A stretch of 13,462 nt of DNA from positions 1-13,462 of the forward strand of contig DYFC01000043.1 in the NCBI GenBank assembly GCA_020725385.1, given 5' to 3'. The stretch's first letter is position 1. Each line of letters begins with the position of its first letter. The translations under genes were made by a program, and so were the position numbers. Shown here in pieces: positions 7,465-13,462 of this stretch. The stretch comes from Nitrospira japonica. GTDB lineage: Bacteria > Nitrospirota > Thermodesulfovibrionia > Thermodesulfovibrionales > SM23-35. The notes under the pieces were generated by a model. That model was not told the DNA's origin. It saw only the letters and a program-made list of their open reading frames with translations, and did no database searches.

Positions 7465-9959
7465 CTTAGTTTTTTCTTCAGAAATTTTCCTGTATATGAA
7501 TCAGGATTAGCGCTTACTTCTTCTGGTGTCCCGGAAGCAACGACATAGCCGCCTTCATCACCACCCTCAGGACCTAAATCAATAATATAGTCTGCTGATT
7601 TTATAACATCAAGATTATGCTCGATAACTATTACGCTATTTCCTGCGTTTGTAAGTTGATTTATTACTTCAAGAAGTTTCTGTATATCAACAAAATGAAG
7701 TCCTGTAGTTGGTTCATCAAGAATGTAGATTGTATGACCCTTTGGTTTTTTGCCAAGTTCTTTTGATAACTTAATCCTCTGTGACTCACCACCGGATAGA
7801 GTTGAAGCAGGTTGTCCTAATTGAAGATACCCGAGTCCTACATTTTCAAGTACTTCAAGTTTATGGCGCAGTTGGGGTATAGCGGTAAAGAATTGTTTGG
7901 CTTCTGATACAGTCATTTGTAATACTTCAGCGATATTTTTATCTTTATATCTTATTTCAAGAGTTTCTTTATTGTATCTTTTGCCTTTACAGGTATCACA
8001 TGGTATATAAGCATCCGGGAGAAAATGCATTTCTACCTTAATCAATCCATCACCTTTGCAGGCTTCGCATCTTCCAGAGGGAAGATTGAAACTGAATCTT
8101 GAAGCAGTATATCCTCTTATTTTTGAATCAATAACATTTGAAAAGAGTTCTCTAATGAAGGTGAACGCTCCGGTATAAGTAGCAGGATTTGATCTTGGTG
8201 TTTTGCCGATTTGAGATTGGTCAACGCTGATAACTCTGTTAATTTTTTCAAGACCTTTTATTTCTTTATGTTTCCCCGGAATAACCTTGCTTTTATAAAG
8301 TTCTTTACAAAGTGCTTTATATAATACTTCTATTATCAGAGTGCTTTTACCCGAACCTGATACACCTGTTATGCATGTAAAAATACCAAGCGGAATTTCC
8401 ACATCAATGTTTTTGAGATTAAATTCTGATGCGCCGATTATTTTTATGGAATCCAGAGGTCTTTTTCTTATAATTGGAGTATCAATTGAAAGATAGTCGC
8501 TCAAATATTGACCTGTGATAGAATTTAGGTCTTTTTCTATATCCTGTGGTTTTCCGCATGATACAACCCATCCTCCTCTATTTCCTGACCCGGGTCCCAT
8601 ATCTACGATATAGTCTGCCCAGCGTATTGTTTCCTCGTCATGTTCTACTATGATCACAGTATTCCCTGCATCGCGTACTGCTTCGAGACTTTCAAGAAGT
8701 TTTTTACAATCACGCGGGTGCATTCCGATACTTGGCTCATCAAGTATATAAAGAACTCCTGATAAAGAAGAACCAAGCTGTGTAGCAAGCCTGATTCTCT
8801 GAGCCTCACCACCTGAAATAGAAAGAGAAGATCTGCTTAATGTTAGATAACCCAATCCAACTTTTTCAAGAAATTCAAGGCGGTCTTTTATTTCTTTTAT
8901 GATACGTGAAGATATGATCTTTTCACGCTCGGTTAATTCAAGATTATTAATAAAAGACAAAGCACCTGTTACATTTTTATTTGATAATGAAATGATATTT
9001 TCACCTTGAATAATTATACTCAGTGATTCTTTTCTAAGCCTTGAACCATTGCAGACCCTGCATGTTTTATAACTTATATCAGGGTCGAAGTCATCTTCAT
9101 TAATATTTTCGATTCCTAAGCCATTACACGCAGGACATGCACCCTGGCGGCTATTAAAGGAGAAAAACATCGGGTTGATCTCAGGAAAGTTGATTCCACA
9201 TTTTGTACATACCGCGGTTTTTGAATAAAGAATATCTTTGTTTTCTTTGAGCAAATTTATGATTACTATATCAGAATATCTTAGGGAAGTTTCTATAGCT
9301 GTTTTCAATTGACGGTCTATTCCGGGTTTTATAATTAATCTGTCAATTATAATTTCAATTGTATGCCTTTTATGTTTGTTTAAAGTAATATCATGGGTAA
9401 TATCAGTTATCTGTCCATCAATTCTTGCTCTTATAAAACCTTCATTACGCATTTCTCTGAGTTCTTTCTTATACTCTCCTTTTCTGTCTCTGACTATTGG
9501 AGAAAGTATCTGTATTTTGCTACCTGGCTCAAGTGACATTATCGATTGTATAATGTCTTCAGACTCCTGTTTTTTAACAAGAGAACCGCATTTATAACAG
9601 GTTTGTTTACCAATCCTTGTAAAAAGAACTCTGAGATAATCGTAAATTTCTGTTATAGTTCCTACTGTTGAACGCGGACTTTTAGTTACTGTTTTCTGGG
9701 TGATTGATATTGAAGGTGAAAGTCCCTCGATGTAGTCAACATCCGGTTTGCTCAATTGTTCTATGAATTGTCTTGCATATGCAGAAAGGCTTTCCACATA
9801 ACGTCTCTGTCCCTCTGCATAAATTGTATCAATGGCAAGGGAAGATTTTCCGGATCCGGAAGGCCCTGTAATAACAGTTACCGAGTCTCTCGGGATAGAG
9901 ACATCAATATTTTTGAGATTATGTTCACGAGCTCCCTTTATAACTAAGTATTCTTGCAT
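7461..9959 (-). CDS. uvrA: Excinuclease ABC subunit A (832 aa, short form)
   Basis: GAREHNLKN, two Walker A motifs ([18 protein letters not shown]), [11 protein letters not shown], signatures [11 protein letters not shown] and [11 protein letters not shown], two LDEP Walker B motifs, Zn-finger CxxC pairs. Confidence 0.97.
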   Translation of the reverse strand: MQEYLVIKGAREHNLKNIDVSIPRDSVTVITGPSGSGKSSLAIDTIYAEGQRRYVESLSAYARQFIEQLSKPDVDYIEGLSPSISITQKTVTKSPRSTVGTITEIYDYLRVLFTRIGKQTCYKCGSLVKKQESEDIIQSIMSLEPGSKIQILSPIVRDRKGEYKKELREMRNEGFIRARIDGQITDITHDITLNKHKRHTIEIIIDRLIIKPGIDRQLKTAIETSLRYSDIVIINLLKENKDILYSKTAVCTKCGINFPEINPMFFSFNSRQGACPACNGLGIENINEDDFDPDISYKTCRVCNGSRLRKESLSIIIQGENIISLSNKNVTGALSFINNLELTEREKIISSRIIKEIKDRLEFLEKVGLGYLTLSRSSLSISGGEAQRIRLATQLGSSLSGVLYILDEPSIGMHPRDCKKLLESLEAVRDAGNTVIIVEHDEETIRWADYIVDMGPGSGNRGGWVVSCGKPQDIEKDLNSITGQYLSDYLSIDTPIIRKRPLDSIKIIGASEFNLKNIDVEIPLGIFTCITGVSGSGKSTLIIEVLYKALCKELYKSKVIPGKHKEIKGLEKINRVISVDQSQIGKTPRSNPATYTGAFTFIRELFSNVIDSKIRGYTASRFSFNLPSGRCEACKGDGLIKVEMHFLPDAYIPCDTCKGKRYNKETLEIRYKDKNIAEVLQMTVSEAKQFFTAIPQLRHKLEVLENVGLGYLQLGQPASTLSGGESQRIKLSKELGKKPKGHTIYILDEPTTGLHFVDIQKLLEVINQLTNAGNSVIVIEHNLDVIKSADYIIDLGPEGGDEGGYVVASGTPEEVSANPDSYTGKFLKKKLR

Positions 9960-10161
9960 ATGTTTAATCTTTTAGTATAACCAAAAACATAAAAGACAAG
10001 CTATCAGATAAGCAGACAAAGAGCGAAGAGCTACGAAGACTTTGATGAGCACGTGAAACATAACGTGGAAGGTCAGCACAGTGTATTATGTTAGAATACC
10101 AATGAGGAATTTTTTAGGATAAATTTTTATTAAAAATAATTTCAATAAAGGAGCGAATGAT

Positions 10162-10962
10162 ATGACTAACAATATTTCTTACAAAGATATGCAGGAAATT
10201 CTAATGGATGAACTCCGTCTTTTACATTATCCGGTTGCATTGAAATTTATTTTCAAAGAAGAAGAACTTGAAGACTTTGTCAAGAATGTATCATATTATG
10301 AGCCTGTGAAACCTTTAACTTTTTGCCAGATTGAGATCGCTGCCCGCATGAAGAAACAGACAGTCCTTGTGATGAGAGGAAATATAGGTTGCAGCAACGC
10401 AGCTTTTGTATTTGGATGGAAATCATACGACGATGCTGAAGTCAAGAGTCATCTAAAATATGTTAAAGACTGGGATCAAGCAGTAAGGTTTGTAAAGACA
10501 AAGCCTCGCCTTCCTGAAGGCGCAATGAAAGCATTAATTGTTTCACCACTTGCCGATACATATTTTCAACCTGATACAGTTCATTTTTATTGCGACAATA
10601 TGCAGGCTTATCATCTTTTGGTCGATTACATGTCTGCTATGGATGTGCACCCGCTTCATCCAAACTTAACTATAAATTCAGCAGCGTGCGGTGGAAATGT
10701 TTTCTCATATCTTGAAAAGACAGCGAATCTTATTACAGCCTGCAGCGGCACGTACAATTCGGGAAAAATGGAGAGAGGTGAAATCAATGTGATAATACCG
10801 GGTGAGCATATTGAAGCAACGGTACAAAGACTACTTGACCGTATTAAGAATCTTGGGAGTTCTTCTCTTACGAGGCCGGGTGATCATTTTCCAGGGGCAG
10901 ATATATGCAAAAATTGTCCGATGATTGTATTTAGAAAGAAGAAAGATAGTATTGTCTCCTGA
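10162..10962 (+). CDS. DUF169-family protein (Cys-rich)
   Basis: PVALKF, TFCQ..IAAR, IGCSNAAFVFG, SAACG, CSGTYNSG, E..VIIP pattern plus C-terminal CKNC; AAGGAG RBS. Confidence 0.75.
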   Translation: MTNNISYKDMQEILMDELRLLHYPVALKFIFKEEELEDFVKNVSYYEPVKPLTFCQIEIAARMKKQTVLVMRGNIGCSNAAFVFGWKSYDDAEVKSHLKYVKDWDQAVRFVKTKPRLPEGAMKALIVSPLADTYFQPDTVHFYCDNMQAYHLLVDYMSAMDVHPLHPNLTINSAACGGNVFSYLEKTANLITACSGTYNSGKMERGEINVIIPGEHIEATVQRLLDRIKNLGSSSLTRPGDHFPGADICKNCPMIVFRKKKDSIVS

Positions 10963-11087
10963 TGACAGAAGATAAAATGGATAAGGGTTATGGTAATATT
11001 AATTGTTTTGCGAAAATCAAGGATAGGCGAGATTTTATAATTCCATACACTTTGTTTATCCTTTTTGAATTTTTAATACCACGTAAG

Positions 11088-11109
11088 AAATTCCATACCT
11101 ATGGAATTT
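11088..11109. promoter_or_regulatory. Perfect 10-bp inverted repeat, candidate operator
   Basis: AAATTCCATA-CC-TATGGAATTT, 77 bp upstream of the DUF1573 gene; extra half-site AATTCCATAC at 11039-11048. Confidence 0.5.
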
Positions 11110-11186
11110 ACAATGATTTTGAGGACGAATATGTAAAACATAAAGTGTGAAGATTTTTTTATAGATTATGATATAAAATATGTATT

Positions 11187-11555
11187 ATGAAAAAAATACT
11201 TCTACTCATAATCTTGATAGTTTTTCCTGCAATCTGTTTTGCACAGCCTTCGATTGTTTTTGATAAGGAAAGACAGGATTTTGGAGAGGTTAAGAAAGGT
11301 ACAGAACTTGAATATACTTTCGAATTTGTCAACAATGGAAATGAAGAATTAATTATATCAAAAATAATTACATCATGAGGATGTACGGCAGCTATGGCTA
11401 GTTCGAGCCATATTAAACCAGGGGAGAAAGGAAAAATCAACACTAAAGTTGATACAGAGGGAAGAGGGGGGTATCTTCATAAACCTATTGCAGTTCATTC
11501 AAATGATCCTCAAAGACCTATTGTTCACCTTTATATTACCGCGATATTAAGATAA
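11187..11555 (+). CDS. Exported DUF1573-type Ig-like protein, predicted selenoprotein (122 aa, Sec at codon 64)
   Basis: Signal peptide (..AICFA/QP), then DFGEVKKG..LEYTFEFVNNGNEELIISKIITS-[TGA]-GCTAAMASSSHIKPGEKGKINTKVDTEGRGGYLHKPIAVHSNDPQRPIVHLYITAILR-TAA. The family motif is SCGCT, and typical downstream motifs (I.PGE.G.I, V.SNDP) lie past the TGA. Confidence 0.88.
11379..11412 (+). promoter_or_regulatory. Candidate bacterial SECIS element
   Basis: Perfect 7-bp stem TATGGCT (11393-11399) / AGCCATA (11406-11412), 6-nt loop AGTTCG with G at position 2, and 21 nt between the TGA and the loop. Confidence 0.75.
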
Positions 11556-11564
11556 ATAATTATC

Positions 11565-11810
11565 ATGTTAAAAGAAAGCTGTCCTGGAAGCAGGGAAATA
11601 AGAACACCTTATCCAGAAGAAATAAGATGCTTCTGGTGTGATAGAATAAATGAGATTTGGTCGGATGAAGTCGAAATAACATGTAAAAATTGTAAAAAAC
11701 AGATAACCCGTGATATGAAGCCTTCCTGTATTGAATGGTGTCCGGTAGCAAAAGAATGTATTGGAGTCGAAAAATATGAAAAGCTCATGAAACGTAAAAA
11801 AGTCGAATGA
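11565..11810 (+). CDS. Small Cys-rich, probably metal-binding protein (8 Cys in 81 aa)
   Basis: Pattern CPG..CxxC..EIWSDE..CxxC..SCIEWC..AKECIG; starts 9 bp after the read-through stop of the upstream gene. Confidence 0.8.
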   Translation: MLKESCPGSREIRTPYPEEIRCFWCDRINEIWSDEVEITCKNCKKQITRDMKPSCIEWCPVAKECIGVEKYEKLMKRKKVE

Positions 11811-11813
11811 CTC

Positions 11814-12185
11814 TTAAGACTTTATGAATCTTATTTTAAATGGATAAGAAAAACTTCCGCCCTGATACGATCTAAGAGAGGCAAAGATAATACATATCGC
11901 ATTGATAAATGCAATTATAAAGAGTAAAAACATCCCTATTCTGATATGTATAAACAATGCTGCAAATAAAGCATATAAAGTCATAGATAGCTGAAAATTT
12001 AATGCTTCGATTCCCTGTTCTTTAACAAAAGGATAAATGTTTCTTTTCAAAAGCCAAATGATTAAAGGTCCTGCTATGTGTCCAAAAGGAATTCCCAACA
12101 AACCAATTAAAGCACTAAGATGACAGGCAGATGCCCATATTCTTGCCTGTTTATCCATTTCAATGATTGGTTCTTGATTATTCAT
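11814..12185 (-). CDS. DUF4870-family membrane protein
   Basis: WASACHLSAL, GPLIIWLLK, FV.EQG.EALNFQLS and G..FSYPF.IRFIK motifs; ATGA overlap with the upstream gene. Confidence 0.88.
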   Translation of the reverse strand: MNNQEPIIEMDKQARIWASACHLSALIGLLGIPFGHIAGPLIIWLLKRNIYPFVKEQGIEALNFQLSMTLYALFAALFIHIRIGMFLLFIIAFINAICIIFASLRSYQGGSFSYPFKIRFIKS

Positions 12186-13036
12186 GAACTTTTGTTATTT
12201 GAGCGGCAGAGAGCGTCCGCTTCTTTTTTTAATAAGTGTGCAAGATGTATATCAATCCTGCTTTTTCTTAAAAAAGTATCTTCATCCATATCAGCAATAT
12301 CTTTTGCAAAAACAATATCATTTCGAAAAAGCATTTCAAGAGCATTTTTATTAATAGATGAAAGAATTGTAACAGGATATAGTTTTTTTGTCTCTATAAT
12401 TTTTTCGAGGCTTTCTTTTTCCGGATATTTCCAGCTAACTATTTTCAGCCCCACACATTCTGCATAACGCAAGGCATCATCTGAACAACGGGTGTTTGTC
12501 ACAAGCCAACCCTGCTGTGATGGAAAGTGATTGTCAGGTGATGATTCAAAAGCTTTTTTAATATCATTGAATCTTGAATGTACATAGAGCGCTGTCTTAA
12601 CATCTGTAGAATTTCCTGAATTACTATGGTATTTGCATTCAATTATTACAATATTATTTTCTTTTTTCGCTAATATATCAACTTCGTGAGAAACGCAATA
12701 GCCTTGAATTATTTTCCCTACTTCGGTAAAGTAGCCATAGGCTCTTAATATTCCGGCCACATATTTTTCGAATTGAAAACCCGCAGGACCAAGTGAATAT
12801 ATTGCTTTTTTTATAGAATAACGCATGTCAGAGACTTTGCTATATTGTCGTAATAATTTTTTGGCTATTTTAAAAATGTGTCTTGTGTGGGATGAGGGGG
12901 TAATTTGAGTTTCAATCTTTTTGGCAATTTCAAGGGCAACATCTTCAGTAGCACCTGATCTTATGAGAGAATTAACGAGTTTGTTTCTATCGAATTCCTC
13001 TAATTTCCCTGAAGCTTTAATTACAGTTTGAGCCAT
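12182..13036 (-). CDS. ATP-cone domain plus Mrr-like PD-(D/E)xK endonuclease domain protein
   Basis: N-terminal VIKASGKLEEFDRNKLVNSL (ATP cone); GFQFEKYV, HEVDILA, IECKYH and LVTNTR (Mrr-type nuclease core). Confidence 0.85.
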   Translation of the reverse strand: MAQTVIKASGKLEEFDRNKLVNSLIRSGATEDVALEIAKKIETQITPSSHTRHIFKIAKKLLRQYSKVSDMRYSIKKAIYSLGPAGFQFEKYVAGILRAYGYFTEVGKIIQGYCVSHEVDILAKKENNIVIIECKYHSNSGNSTDVKTALYVHSRFNDIKKAFESSPDNHFPSQQGWLVTNTRCSDDALRYAECVGLKIVSWKYPEKESLEKIIETKKLYPVTILSSINKNALEMLFRNDIVFAKDIADMDEDTFLRKSRIDIHLAHLLKKEADALCRSNNKSS

Positions 13037-13044
13037 AAGTATGA

Positions 13045-13122
13045 TGGCGGGGCGGACGGGACTTGAACCCGCGACCTCTGGCTTGACAGGCCAGCGTTCT
13101 GACCAAGCTGAACTACCGCCCC
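13045..13122 (-). tRNA. tRNA-Asp(GTC)
   Basis: Reverse complement folds fully: acceptor GGGGCGG/CCGCCCC, anticodon arm CTGGC-CTGTCAA-GCCAG, T-loop TTCAAGT, encoded GCCA end. Confidence 0.98.
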
Positions 13123-13160
13123 AAAAAGTTATATAGCTGAGACAAAATTATCAGTTCTAA

Positions 13161-13236
13161 TGGTAGGCGGAACAGGACTTGAACCTGTGACCCCAGCCTT
13201 GTAAGGGCTGTGCTCTCCCAGCTGAGCTATCCGCCC
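13161..13236 (-). tRNA. tRNA-Val(TAC)
   Basis: Reverse complement GGGCGGATAGCTCAGCTGGGAGAGCA-CAGCC-CTTACAA-GGCTG-GGGTCACAGGTTCAAGTCCTGTTCCGCCTACCA, 76 nt with encoded CCA. Confidence 0.98.
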
Positions 13237-13274
13237 GAAACATAAAATGAAATGTGATATTATACAGAAGTAAT

Positions 13275-13304
13275 ATAATATTAGTTTTATTTATCTTTTG
13301 TCAA
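13275..13304 (-). promoter_or_regulatory. Putative sigma70 promoter of the tRNA-Val/tRNA-Asp operon
   Basis: Minus strand TTGACA (13304-13299), 18-nt spacer, TATTAT (13280-13275); a second TATAAT lies near 13259-13264. Confidence 0.55.
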
Positions 13305-13328
13305 TAAAGAGAACGAAAATTTGCCATC

Positions 13329-13379
13329 TACGAATTAAAAGTGAACCGTTTTTTGTAAATTTACGAATTAAAAGTGAAC
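13329..13379 (+). repeat. Two identical 18-bp direct repeats, period 33
   Basis: TACGAATTAAAAGTGAAC at 13329-13346 and 13362-13379. Confidence 0.93.
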
Positions 13380-13423
13380 ACCTAAAAAGTTTAATATAAG
13401 CCTCAAAAAAGGAGGTTTATATT

Positions 13424-13462
13424 TTGGGACAGCTACACAGGAAGTTCACGAATGAACAGGTA
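13424..13462 (+). CDS. 5' fragment of a gene (MGQLHRKFTNEQV...), possibly a transposase
   Basis: Strong RBS GGAGG at 13411-13415, TTG start and open frame to the window edge. The N-terminus resembles transposases I recall starting MxQLHKRFTDxQV, but only 13 codons are visible. Confidence 0.5.
   Translation, partial: MGQLHRKFTNEQV

Larger units (their letters stand above)
13299..13462 (+). mobile_element. Probable left end of an insertion sequence (IS1202/ISNCY-like); boundary uncertain
   Basis: TGT-starting segments at 13299 and 13354, two identical internal 18-bp repeats, then AAGGAGG RBS and a TTG ORF running off the window. Confidence 0.5.

Noticed and set aside
10040-10060. Hammerhead-like words TTGATGAG...GAAAC
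   Set aside because: The core should be CUGANGA, and stems I-III cannot be formed.
10057-10096. dif/Xer-like or attC-like site (GGTCAGCACAG-TGTA-TTATGTTAGAA; AACATAA...TTATGTT inverted pair)
   Set aside because: The arms resemble E. coli dif, but the central spacer is 4 bp rather than 6. The inner pairing is too poor and short for attC, and no integrase is nearby.
10960-10965. Sec read-through at the DUF169 TGA, and at the TGA ending 11565-11810
   Set aside because: DUF169 ends in tandem TGA TGA after a charged tail; neither stop is in a Cys-motif context, and I saw no SECIS-like hairpin after either.
10962-11150. 62-aa ORF after DUF169
   Set aside because: No recognisable motif and it spans the candidate operator region; it overlaps the DUF169 stop, so it cannot be fully excluded.
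11187-11378. 63-aa ORF as a complete gene or simple pseudogene
   Set aside because: The stop sits at the conserved Cys position, the downstream frame is intact and a SECIS-like hairpin follows, so Sec read-through explains it better.
11159-11443. Minus-strand 94-aa ORF
   Set aside because: Antisense shadow of the DUF1573-type gene with no recognisable motif.
1006-12467. Other short antisense ORFs (1006-1215, 2329-2523, 2671-2871, 3600-3854, 3966-4151, 5219-5422, 5892-6083, 6010-6324, 9376-9597, 9756-9947, 11563-11751, 12120-12467)
   Set aside because: All lie opposite well-supported genes and have no recognisable motifs.

Overview
AT-rich bacterial chromosomal window, probably from an anaerobe (inference from gene content; taxonomy not determined). 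Left to right: truncated tRNA-Leu(TAA); a 32-unit heptamer tandem array; murA; a minus-strand operon of Zn-dependent dehydrogenase, AcuC/HDAC-family deacetylase and cupin; a PIN toxin-antitoxin cassette between 64-bp direct repeats, preceded by a decayed partner gene; a coupled minus-strand run of short uvrA, apbE, NusG-domain-II protein and Gx transporter; a DUF169 protein; a secreted DUF1573-type gene; an 8-Cys small protein; DUF4870; an ATP-cone/PD-(D/E)xK nuclease; tRNA-Asp and tRNA-Val; and the probable left end of an IS. The main finding is that the ORF track cuts the DUF1573-type gene at an in-frame TGA (11376-11378). This TGA occupies the first Cys of the family motif (SCGCT becomes S-U-GCT), the frame stays open for 58 more codons, and a SECIS-like hairpin follows, so this is very likely an exported U-G-C selenoprotein. 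No database searches were run; family calls come from motif recognition.
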